64,000 nucleotides of DNA from Bigelowiella natans CCMP2755 (taxonomy: Eukaryota > Protista > Cercozoa). Below, in pieces: positions 13,333-25,905 of this stretch. A program made the position numbers and the translations under genes. The stretch is taken from the NCBI GenBank assembly GCA_000320545.1, contig ADNK01002630.1:1-64000 (forward strand), given 5' to 3'. Each line of letters opens with the position of its first letter. Position 1 is the stretch's first letter. Below the pieces are notes generated by a model. The model ran no database searches and had not been told where the DNA came from. It was given only the letters and a program-made list of their open reading frames with translations.

Positions 13333-16300
13333 ATGGCCAAGAAGAAGAAGAAGAAAAGGCGATCGGACGCCGGCCGCTATGGAATTGAGGAGCACCGGCC
13401 AGGCAGTAGCCACAGCCGTGGTGGTGGGGGACGCGCTGGGCAACGCAAAAATGGTCCGAGCGAGGCCAAGGCTTTCAGATTTACAGTTGAGCGGGTTGTA
13501 ATGGATTCCTCCGGAACTGACGGGGGGAACTCCATGCTGATGAGCCACGAGGCCTTCAAAGCTCACGGCTTTCGGTTTGGGGGAAAGCTCGTGATTCTGG
13601 CGATCGTCGGTGACGGTGACAGCGGCGGCTCGAAGAAGCATTTCGTAGGAACAGTGTGCTGCTGGCCCGCGACTTGCGTTCGACAGCGTGCCATTCGCTT
13701 ACAGCTCTCTTCCATCTGGAGCTCGTTGTTGCAAGAAGGAAGAGAGGTAGAGGTGCGCCAATTGGGTTCATTGGTATCGACCCCATTGTCGGTTCCTGAG
13801 ACCGTGGCCATTCACTTGGTAAATAGTAGTGCGAACGATCGAGAGGGGAAAAACAATCGGCTGCGTGGTGGTAGCGCTGTTGCCTTTTCGCCTCACAAGT
13901 CTCAGGATAATCCTTCATATTTTTCTACTACTACTACGCCTACTAATACTACTACTACTACTGCTACACACAAACCGTCCTCTTCCTCCTCCTTCGTCAT
14001 TTCAAAAGCGGTGCGTCAGTACCTCACAACTGCTTTCCGCGGGGAGGTCGTTGCGGAAGGTTGCACGTTGATGGCCAGCGTGGAAGGGCGGTCTAGATTC
14101 TTCCGCGTCGAGGAAATTTCGGCACGCTCTGTTCGCAATAGTACGCCCTCCAGCCCCAGGCAGACGACAAATGTTCCACCACGTCTCTTTAAGTTGGGCG
14201 GGGAAACGAGACTGGTGTTTCAGCGGGACGCGGCTAGAGATTCGTCACAGCCGCTTGCTGCTCTCCAGGGGAATAAAGAACGGAATAGCCTAGAGAAAGG
14301 GTCGGCTCCACCTATTGACAAAGGCAGCAGCGATGGTGATAGCTTGCACGGTGGTGATGGTGGCCAGATAGCGGCCACACGCTTTGTTGATATTGGTGGT
14401 TTGGGGAATGAGTTGAAGAGAATACGTCAAACAATCGAAGCTGGGTTAGGCTTGCTCCCCAAGCACATCTTCAACTCCTCCCAGGCGACCCCTTTGCGCC
14501 CGCCGAAAGGCCTTCTGCTATTCGGCCCTCCCGGCACGGGGAAAACCATGATTGCGAGGGCCGTGGCGAGTGAGTTTCGAGCTGCCTTTATCACGGTGAA
14601 TTCAGCAGAGATTCTCGGCCGATACGTCGGTGACGCGGAGGAGCGTCTTTCGCGAATATTCCAGGAAGCTGAGGAAAAGGCGCCCTCCATCATTTTCTTC
14701 GATGAAATCGACGCGATATGCCCCAGCAGGGATTCCTCGTCGGGGGTCAACGAGCATACGCAGCGGCTCACTGCGACGCTGCTTACGCTGCTAGACGGCG
14801 CTAATATGCGCGAGGCGCGAGTTGTTGTCATTGCAGCTACCAATAAGCCGAACGACCTGGATGAAGCTCTGCGGAGACCAGGACGGATGGACCGGGAAGT
14901 TGCGGTAGGAATCCCAAACGAGGAAGGGCGCTTTGAGATCTTGACGAAGATGCTGCGCAGCATGCCGCATCGGCTTTCTGAGAGAGAGATTCGGCACTGC
15001 TGCTCGATTTCTCACGGGTACGTGGGTGCTGATCTTCGCTCTCTATGCCAGGAGGCGGCCTTTGCAACGCTAAATCAACTAAGGGAAAATAGGAGGAGGA
15101 GGAGGGGGAGGATGAGAGTGAGGGTAAAGAAGGAAGAACTTAGCATGAATCATCTTCCTCACGCCGCTGGCAAAGCTGTTGGTAGTACTACCCAATCTTC
15201 TTCGTTACTGAAAGGGAAAGTTTCGAGCAATGCGGAGGGGGGAGAGGAAGACTCGAGCTGCAACGAGGTGAGATATTTCGAATGTAATGACAGAGAAGTG
15301 TATCATATACACGCACCTATGTTACCGTCAAAACAGAGCATCTTTTGCTTCTAGCATTTCTGTCTGCAAGCCTAACGATTGCCCTTGTTATGATGGGGCG
15401 CTTGGGCCCGGTCGATTTCGCAACACTTTCAAATTCTAACCTCTCTTTTCGTATATACTGCCGCAGCGTGGAGGCATCGTCAACGTGGAAAACGATGAAC
15501 TGAAAGAAGCAGGAGGGGGGGGGGCAGCGGAAGAAGAGTCAATAACATTCGGCGACTTTCAACGTGCGTTCGCAACCGTTCAACCATCGGCCATGCGCGA
15601 GGTGAGCGTGGAGGTGCCTAAGGTCAGTTGGGAGGACGTTGGCGGTCAATGGCAAGTGAAGCAGCGCCTCAAAGAAGCTGTGGAATGGCCGCTGCGATAT
15701 CCTCATAAGTTCAAGCGTATGGGAATCCGCCCGCCGCGCGGGGTGCTGCTCTATGGGCCTCCTGGCTGCAGCAAAACGCTGATGGCGAAGGCGCTCGCGC
15801 ACGAGAGCTCTCGCAACTTTCTCGCCGTGAAAGGCCCGGAGCTCTTCAGCATGTACGTCGGCGAGTCGGAGCGCGCGGTGAGAGACCTCTTCTCGAAGGC
15901 CCGGGCGGCATCTCCCTCCATCGTCTTCATGGACGAAGTGGACGCCCTGGCCGTGTCCCGGAGCGACGGCAGCGAGGGAAACAGAGCCCGCGACCGCGTT
16001 TTGGGACAGCTCCTCAGCGAGTTGGACGGGATGCAGCCGCTGGAGAACGTCGTGGTCATTGCGGCGACCAACCGGCCTGACCGGATAGACGCCGCGATGC
16101 TGAGGCCTGGGAGGATTGACCGCATGCTGTACGTGGGACTGCCCGATCGGAAGTCTCGAGAGGAGATAGCTGCGATTCAGTTGAAGGGCATGGCACACGA
16201 CAGCGGGAAAGTGAGTCCGTCATTGATCGCCGAGATGACAGAAGGATTCTCGGGCGCGGAGGTGTGCTCGTTGTGCAAGCAAGCAGCTGCCATAGCCCTC

Positions 16301-16429
16301 GAGGAGGACATCGACGCGGAGAAGGTTAGAGCGGAACATTTCGAGGCAGCGCGGAAAGAAAACCCCCCGCGGATCACCGAAGAGATGGTGCAGTGGTACA
16401 AAAACTTTCAAAGCGAATCGCTCGCGTGA
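13333..16429 (+). CDS. AFG2: Double-ring AAA+ ATPase, AFG2/Drg1/SPATA5 subfamily; join(13333..15267,15467..16429), ~965 aa
   Basis: D1: GPPGTGKT, IIFFDEID, AATN, ALRRPGRMDRE, HGYVGADL. D2: PSAMREV..VPKVSWEDVGG, GPPGCSKT (the CSKT variant typical of AFG2/SPATA5), VKGPELFSMYVGESE, MDEVD, LRPGRIDR. The GAG|gtgaga donor at 15267 and ccgcag| acceptor at 15467 join the two ORFs in phase 0. Confidence 0.92.
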
Positions 16430-16559
16430 TGAGTAGTATGGCAAACGCGAACTCTGTGATAGTAGACGGAGCCTGGTGGTGCACAAAAGGATGGGCAGAC
16501 AAATGCTCGCCGCACACGACTTTTTTTATCACCAGGCGTTCGTGAAGTTTTGCACACAT

Positions 16560-17520
16560 CGATGAACACATGGAGACATCTAGACACCTAGAATTACTAG
16601 TCTAAGCAATGGTCATTAAAACTTAGATGATGAAATCACGTACCAGCAAATTTTGTTCACTCGCATCTGCAGGTGGACAAGTCTAGACAGCATGCGATGC
16701 TTACTGCTACGTCAGATTGGAATAGCTAGGATATAGCAGCTAGTGCATATAGAGTCTTCTTGCTAGCTTGTTTGTACGTACGATGATATTTTACGTACAG
16801 CTGCATGATTCTATAATATCGTGCTATGTGCATGGCTAAATGGCTAAATCAAAGTGTGCATCACTTCCAGACAAGCTAGACAATTTGCGAGGCGCGTGTA
16901 CGTACTCACTTGCACATGCACAGGTTGCGCGTACATGTAAGTGCAACAAGCAAAATCAAAAAGAAAATCTACAGTAACCCTAAAACATGTATAAGATGCT
17001 AGGATGAGCTGCGCGTGCGCTTGAATGCGCTACATAGCAAGGTAGCTCCAATGAACTAGTCAAGCTAGCAAGATGCATTTTTACACTACACACGCACGTA
17101 CTTGCTACGATGAATTGCAACATCACCACGCACTTCACAATAATCACAACCGGCGCCTGCGCTAGCTCTAAAGCTGCTGGCTGTATGTTCATTTGTTCTA
17201 CGCACTTGCTTCAGACTTCCATCATTTTGGCAGTCGTGTGTGCAATTCTAGAATTAGCTAGCAGCCACATGCATGCATTTGTGCGTCCATGCAATCAAAG
17301 CTTTGTGAAACAAAACAAAGAAACCCTGCAAGATGAAACAGTATTTAGATTTAATGATTATTTTACCACTTACAGCAGTAAAAACTATTGGGCTAAGTAG
17401 GGCACCATGCCGCTCCACTCGGGTCTTTTGAGTTTGCATGCACAGAGTTTCTAGCTAGTCTAGGCAAGTCTAGAAATCTTCTCAAATTGTCATCGGTAAT
17501 GACAACGTCTAAATAGATGT
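16560..17520. other. CTAG/TGCA-rich intergenic tract 3 (between convergent genes)
   Basis: Many tctaga/gctagc/actagt/gcatgc words between the AFG2 stop and the RNF213-like stop. Confidence 0.8.
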
Positions 17521-17535
17521 GGATTTAGCAGCCTG

Positions 17536-20500
17536 CTACTGCAGATTGATTTTGAGCTCAGATTTGGCAGCCTCGATGACCTGCACAAGGTCGACAATGT
17601 AGCGGAGCGGCACTGCTTTGGGAAATCCCTTTTGGAACCAAGAGTAGGTCTTCAGCGCCTTGCCGTCCAGCTCCGCGTGCTCCATGAAGTCTGCCGCCGC
17701 CTTGGAGGGATCGTGGGTGCCCTCGACGAGAATCGTGGCGATGGTTGATTGCATCACTGCGAGCAGAGCTTCGAGGGTCGCATCGTCAGCAATCTCCTTG
17801 CAATCGAGAATGTCAGCTTTGATCCCCCGCGCGCGCTTCGCGTCGATGGGATGCTTGTAGGACATGTGCACGTCTTGGAACCTCGACTTGACGAGCACCG
17901 ACCGGAGCGTGGCCCAGAGCGAAGCCACGTGCTTCAGCCGCACCTGCTGCTCGATCGTCTTCGACTCCATTGCGCCGGCGGCGTCCTCCATCAGCAACGT
18001 CTCGCGCATGTACGTGGAGATGAGCACCTCGCCCAGATCGCCTGGGGAGGACACCTTGGACGACGATGACGATGCTGATGTCGTAGCGGTAGCTGTCACA
18101 AAGGCAATGACTGTTTCGAGGAGCTGCAGGCACTTTAGCGCCGCAGCGCCTGACCGAAGCTCGCCGAGAATGGAATCGCGCATGTCCGAGGTCAGCTCAT
18201 CCTGAGGAACGCGCCGAGCAATGGCCGCCACATCAATCGCGTCAGCATCGTCGGCGTACTGCACCGCTAGCGAGCTGGTCTCATGCGCATCAACAAGCGG
18301 CTTGCCGATGAAGTAGGTGTCCATCAGGTACTGCTGCGCGTTGTCAAAGTTGTACACAGAGGCTCCCTCCGCGGTGTGATCGACGCACTGCTTCATCACG
18401 AACGGGACGAACCGGCCCTCCAAATCGTACGAAATCGCCTGCGTCTGCGTGAGGAACCGAGGGCTGACAAACGACGCTGCCGCTGCGGCTGAAACCGCGC
18501 CCCCCTGCCCGGCAGACGAGGCGATGTGGAGAAGCTCCTGCCCCGTGTTCCGGAGGAAGACCGCGACGAGGGAGAGGAATTCGTTGTGTCTCTTCACAAG
18601 CTCCATAGTAATGGCCGCCGCACAGCGGCCTTCGTCGCGGTCTGACGCCAGCAGCAGCGTAATGGGAGACGCCTCTGAGACGGAGATGTCGCGGAACTTA
18701 TCAGGGATACGCTCGCCAACCTCCTCCCCCGCATCGGCAACGAAGTGCTTGATCCCTGGCCATGCAAGCTCCCAAGCCTTAGAGTAGCCCTGCAGCGCCT
18801 CGTAGCACGCACGCTTCTCTCCGCTGCCCTTCGCGTACGCTTCGATCGCGTCCTTGACGGTCAGCTTGCGCGCGGATTCCATATCCAAGGCGCGCGTGAG
18901 TCGCGGCACCAGCATCGTTTGGAACCGAAGAACATCGGGGAGGTAGCGAAGAGGGCGCAGCGACTCCTCGGCGGAGAGGAACCGAGAAAGCACCGGGAAC
19001 TTCGCTGAGTCTCCGATGTCCCCACGCCTCTTCGCGAGCGCGGCCGTCGCCTCCTCGTCGCGGCCAAGTTGAGCGGCGAAGTGGCCGAGCGAGAACGCGT
19101 GCCGGTACCTCCATAGCTCAGGGGCGAGCAGCTTGCTCTCCTCCGCCGGCAGCGCCTTGGTGTCTAGGCGCTCATTGAGGTCGTCGGTGAAGAGTGTGAG
19201 CTGTGGGTTAGGGCTGGGCTTTGAGGCATCTCGCAGCTGCTTCAGCAGGATATCAATCTCCACTTTGCGCTGGCTGACAATGCTTTGCGCAACACCGGTT
19301 ACGGAGTCGATGACGATCTGGCGATGTCGCTCGGTCCCGAGGACCCCCCAGTCTTTCATCCACCGGCGTTGTGCTTCCAGCAAAAACCGCCTCTTCGTGT
19401 CACCTGACTGCTTCATCTTCTCCTCTGCTACTTTGGCCAGCGCTACCTCCTCGTCAATGGCCTTGGGAGTCTTCGTGATAAACCTTTCGCCCTCCTTCCA
19501 TTGCGGCAATGCTTTGAGCTTCGCCATAGCCTCTCTAATAGTCTGTTTGTCGATGCTCCACCTGACGAACGAATGCAGCATGTACATAGTCGCGCCACCG
19601 AGTTCCCCCTTCTCGTTTTCCATTTTCTTGGGCGGCGGTATCGCATTCTTCACGAACTCGTGCGAGGCCAACACTGCCTGCAGGCCCTCCACGGTTTTCG
19701 GCCCGAGCTTTCCATCAACGTTTAACTTGGCTTCGGCGAATGCTTTGCCGGCGCCGGCGTGTCCAGGTTTGGGCAATCTATGGTTGACGAAAGTCTGCAT
19801 CGCTTTGACGTCGGCCTCCTCCATCTCCGCAACCGTGAGGTCGGGCCGGTACCCCGTCGGAGCGAGAAAACGATCGGCACCGAGCACGAACTTGAATGCC
19901 CTGCACGCGGCGCCGGTTATCTTCTTCGAATCCACGCCTTCGCTCGGTTTAGGGCAATGGTACACCGGCTTGACGATGCGATTTCCGGGAGCGTTCTTCC
20001 AGACGTCGCCGTCATCGTATTGCACGGAATACGTTCCGTCGCCGTTGTTGCGGACGATTTTGCCCATAAAGACGCCATGCTCGTTCCTAAATTGAGCGCC
20101 AACGCGTTCTCCAGCGGCAAACTTGGTCTTGATTCCTACCGGTTTTGGTTGATGTCAGTGCGAAGTCTGCTGCGGGGGGAATTGAGTAGCTTCGGAATAA
20201 AACGCAGTGGGAGAATGAATCCTCAAAATGCCAGGAAAAATGATAGACAATTATAAACCAAAACCACAAAACAACGCCATACGGCCGAGCTCACCGTGAA
20301 TGCAAAATTCAAGAGAAGAAATCGAAAGCAAGAAAATAAGCGACGAAGACATCCTCGTCATCACTCTTTGATTCTCACAACTGCTCGATATCAAATCACA
20401 AAATACGCCGCGGACGTCGATCATCTTCTATCGCCAACGCTGCTAGAATTGACCTCCCGTCGTGGCAGCCCACATCATTCAAAATCGTCTTTCAGTGAGG

Positions 20501-22320
20501 AAAAATAAAAAGGAAATCCAACCTGTCAAATCGACTTTACTGGCCTTCGCCTTGGCGTCAGCTATAACATCCGCAAGGGTCGGCATTCCTCGCGTTTTCT
20601 TCTTGCTTTTCTTTCCTTCCCTGGCCTCTTGAACCCCTCCTTGTTTTGCCTCGCCGCTCCCAGCGCTCTCGAAACCTCCAACACCTCCGCCAACGAAACT
20701 ATTACCAAATCCACTACCACTTTTATCACCACTGCTCGCAAATGGGTTAGATCCGCCGCCACTCCCAAATCCGCCACTGCTGCTGCTGCTGGAACCAAAC
20801 GGGAGCGAGGGGGCCTTAGCCATGTTCTCCTCTAGCATTGCCTTCAATATTTGATCCTCGTCAATCGGCTAATAAACAGTCGAGTCATCACCGGGCCAAC
20901 GTGAACAGGGAAGCAGGCAGCAGCAAAATCGCGAAGATTTCAACAACTCATAAAATGTTTGGAAACGCGCGTGCGCGCGCACACTTGCACCCCCTCACAT
21001 ACAGGGAGCGAGAGAGAGAGAGATAGGGAGAGAAAGAGAGAGAGAATTTGTGCATAGCACACAAACATGATGCAGAAACACGGCTGCTCGTCCTCGCAAG
21101 ACAAAAAAGAAAACCGACGCGGAAGGAAAGAACAAACCTGCTGCTTTAACGTGGCGGTTGTTGCCTTCAGTGCCTGGTTTGATATTATACATAACTCAGT
21201 GAGATTACATGCCATTCTAATCGAAACACGATCAATGGGAGCGAATATCGTTATTTGGTGGCTCTTGCGAGGAATAGGAGAGATTTTGTATTATGTAAGC
21301 AACCTCCTTCTCTTCTTCCTCCTCCTCCTCCTCCTCCTCTTCCTCCTCCTCAGCTTCCTCTTTCTCCTTCGGGGGAGGCCCCGTATCGGCATTCTCGAAG
21401 CACCAGTTGGCAGCTTGGCCGACGTCGCCATTGCAGGCCATCAGGCCGCGGACCGCGTGATGCTCCGCGATCCCCATCATCGTCAGCTGCGGAGCCATCG
21501 ACTTGTAGAGCTCTCTCTTGGCCTTCTCCTCGGCCCTCTTCTGCTTGGCCAACGCCCTCTGCCGCCTGGCCTCGAGACGCGCCCTGTGAAGCTGCTCGAG
21601 CTGTTGGCGGTACTTCTGCATTGCGCCGAGAGCGGCCTTTTCCTCCGGGGTCAGCCCTGCGTACGGATCGTTGTTATTCTGGAGGGAAGAAAGCTGCAGA
21701 TTCGAGGGGAGCTGTATCGTGCTCCCGGCCAATCGCGAGAGCACGCTTTGCGCGAGGAGCTCGGCGTCCTCGAGCGAGATCGCGAGACTCCTGGCCAGGT
21801 ACGAGAGGTCTGTTTCAATCAGGCCGAGCAGCTTTGCCTCGGGGTCAACAACCTGCGCGTTTGACGAGGAAAGCTCGCGGTTAGTAGGAAGTCGCTAGGA
21901 GGATCTAGTATCAATAGTCCGCTCGTCGATGACTGACGACTGCGGAGTGGTTTGTTTTGGCGACGGATTACCTTCTGCAATCCTACATCGCTCAAAATCT
22001 TGGTGGCAGCTGCCTTCCACGCCTTCGCATCCACGACCGCTGACGACGCGTAAAGAGTGGCGGAGCAGGACAACCTGTAGGGCACATCGATATTGCCCCG
22101 ACAATTAATGGGCTCTGTCAAGAATGATGATCTCTCGCAGCATCGGCGTGTGTCAAAGTGTTGTGTGATAAGAGAGGGCAGGGAAGAGGTCGGTCTACGA
22201 AGTGAATTCGAGCAATTTTGAGAATTCCCCACACCCTTTCGCTCCCTCTTTCTGCCGCTCTCCTCCTTATGCCGCACGCGAAGAAGCATATGCACGCGTA
22301 TATATTTACATATATCTACA

Positions 22321-22362
<42 letters not shown>

Positions 22363-24895
22363 ATCTATATGTGTATAACATCAAACAAACATGTATTATA
22401 TGTTGCGATGCAGCAGTACCGCATCAGCGTCTCGACATTGGCGTTATAGTTCCCGCTTTGGCTGCGGAGGCCTCGTTGCGAATAGGCCCCTGCGCCAACA
22501 GAATTGCTGATAAACGTGAGGAAGAACGGCTTCTTAAGGGCCTTGGCCTGATTGAATTGCTCCGTCTGCCTTGTCCAGTCAAACAACTGGCCGTTCACAC
22601 CGACGAGGATGAGGTTCGCCTGGATTTTGTGCTGCGCCTGAAGCTTGGGATCAACCTGGGGGATAGGTCGTTTTGTGGTTATGTTAATTACTAGTGCGTT
22701 TGAGATACGCCTGGTGTGCTCTTTTTGTGCATCTGGAAATGCGTGGGCGAGTGAGGATGGAGATGGAAGATCATGGAGAATGAAAAATGCCAAGCACGCT
22801 CAGCCTGGCACGGTACTTGTTCTATTAGTATTGTCACTATCCCCCCTCCCCCCCCAACCCCGCTCACTTCCTTCACGCGACTACTATAGCTATCACCTGC
22901 TCAATAACCCCTTTCCGATTAAACTGAATGCCGTATTTCTCCATCGAAGGAACTTTCAGATGAATTAGCCCTTTGCTGCGCGCGGCTAGGGCCGTCTCGA
23001 CGTCATCAAAGTGCGGCAGAGCAAGGTTTATATCTATCTCCTGGAACTGCTCGATATTCGAGCCGCATTCTGCTGGGTATCCGGTATAGATAAAAGCATT
23101 CATATCTTCATAGCTATCACCTTCAAGTGCCACGCTCGAAACGGCCGTTTGCATCTGCTGCTCAGTTGTTGGGAAATCCGCTTGGAACTGCTGGGGGCCT
23201 TCCAACACCTGTCATGGCCAAAGACGGCGTGTGTGCGGAGGATGGGGGGGGGTGGGGGCGGTGGAAGGGACAGTCATGCACATCATCACGGTTCAGTATG
23301 GAATTTGAAATCACTCTCGAGGCACCGTTAATTTCTCCAATTCTCAAAAAACCGAATCAAATAGAAGCTACTTCAGTCACAGGATACTGCGACATCTTGT
23401 CTCCTCCTCCTCTCTTCGTCCTCCTCCTCCTCCTCCTCCTCCTCCCCCTTCTACGACTACTACTGCTACCACTACTACTACTACTAATACAAATGATTCT
23501 TCACCTTTGCTGGAAACCAATCAACGCAGCCGCTTTCGGCTTTATTCGCTACATAGCACCGCATTCCGCTCTGGGGAACGATGCCGTGGAACATCGGCAG
23601 CAAGTATTCCGGCACCGCCTCCGCTTCCTCCTCCCCATCCGCGTCGTCCTCTGCCTCCGGCGAGGAGAGGGGGGGGGGATATTGCAGCTTCCTCTCATCG
23701 AGCAGCTTCCTCTCGCCCTTCTCCTCATCCTTGCCATAGAATCTACACGTAATCTCGTATTTCCCCCCTTCTTTAGGACCCTCGACGGCCGTAACCTCTG
23801 CCTCATGGTAGATCCTGGGGTGCTGAGCTGTGGCGAGCTTCTTCGATTTGCAGAGAATCTTCTCGCCGATTAGCACTGGGGGAGGCTGCTTTTTCTTCGC
23901 CTCGACGGCCTTTCTTTCCGCTTCCATACGCACTTTCACTTCCAAGGGGGGAAACCTCTTGTAAAGAGCGGTTAGACCGGCTGCAACCTGTGGAGGTGGG
24001 TGGGGGGCAAAGGGGATAAGGATAATGATGTTACGAGGCGCGGCGAGGACAGCAGCAAGAGATCAGTCAGCATTTTGGCTAGAGAGGGCCCAGAGGAGCC
24101 CCACAATCAAACACAACTTTTGACACGCTCCCAACAATACACCACACACACGCACATACACGCACATACGCACGCGCACATGCACACGCGCACACGCAAA
24201 CCATGTAGCACCCGGTCGGTACATATAGCCTGTTTTTTACCTTCTTGAGGTCAAAGACAGCGGTCCGCACGAAGGAGAGGACTTCATCGCCTTTCGCTCC
24301 GATGGCGACACCGGCCACTTTCGCAGTCAGACGCTTTGCCAGCATCTGAGCCATGCCGGGATTTTCGCGGAACGCCAGGTGCTCCCCAGCCTTGCTTCCT
24401 GATGCAAACGCTGCGAAGAGTTCCTAAAGGGGGCGGAAATAGGCAAAGAGAAGGGGGGGGGGGGGGAAGGGGGCAGAGAACAAAGAAATGAGGGAAAACG
24501 CCGATCGAAAACAACGGTTATCATTGCGCCAGAAGTATTTCCCCCCGAGCTCTCCACCCCCCTGAATCTGATATCCTAATCCAAAGGAAATGCAATCCTA
24601 CCCTTTCTTGCTCGGAGAAGAACTGGAACTTCTTCTTGGGGTCCTCCACAACCATCGCAGTGAATTTCCGGGCGTTCTCCTTGGCGTAGTCCGGCAGCCG
24701 AGGCATCGATTTAATGAGGAAGCACTCCTGGAAAGCCGCGCATAACAACGCGAGCTTCAATGGGCGCAGATCTGGGGCGGGTGGATCCTTTTTCTCTTCA
24801 GCTTCCTTCTTTTTCTTCTCTTCCTCTAAAGCTGCGCCTCGAAGTTTTTGCTTCTCGGTGGAGAGCCTGAGAGGCAATATAAATACATATATATA

Positions 24896-24934
<39 letters not shown>

Positions 24935-25827
24935 ATATATATATCTATGTGTGCATGTATTTGTATTAGTGAGCGACGATGGTTGATGCTAGTAGTGGCA
25001 AGGTCGCAGCTTAGTCATAGTGATGAATGATGATCACAGCGACGACTACACCTATTTTGCGACTGTTCATACTCGAACGCCCTCCATTTTTATTTTGGAA
25101 TGCATTATACACACACACACACACACACACACGCACACCCACACGCACACCCACACGCAAACACAACTACACACACGTGGATAAACATATAATACAGTGC
25201 TTCAATAGCACGCTTTGCGCGGAAAAATAAGATCAAAGGCCGAGAAGAATCAAATGCACTAATCAGCCGCAGCTCTCTTCGTATTACCCTAGTTTCTTGC
25301 ACGTGTGCACCCGCAGGTCCTCCAGCCTCTGTCTAGTTATTGCTGATTTCTGCGTTACGACTCGCACGTGCCGAGGGTTCATCGTCTGCAGATTCACCTG
25401 CCTCATCCGTTGGATATCGAGCTTGTACTTGGCGGAATTAACTTGGAAATCAACCGAGGTTGCGCCTGTGATTCGCCCCTTCTCGATTTGCAAGTTGGTT
25501 TCAAATGGATATCGTTTCCATCCGGCGCCGTCCTTCCACTCCCAATGATTGACTTCCATGGTAACTCGGCCATTTTGCGCTGGGGTATTCTTCACCTCCC
25601 GGAAGATCAACTCGCCGTAGCTACGTGCCTTAAGGACCTGCAATGTCGCTCTAATCAATTTAGTTGTTTTGATTGACGCTTTTTACGTGGCGCTGTGCTT
25701 GTGCTCCAACATCGAGCGAGGAATACATAAAAATCGTATAATATAAATCGTATAATATATATATATATATATATATTACGATTCTACTCTCTATCTCTCT
25801 CACACACAGCCACCTATAATATATAAA

Positions 25828-25905
<78 letters not shown>

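Noticed and set aside
13333-16429. CDC48/p97 or NVL assignment
   Set aside because: The D2 Walker A GPPGCSKT, ELFSMYVGESE and the divergent N-domain fit AFG2/SPATA5 better.
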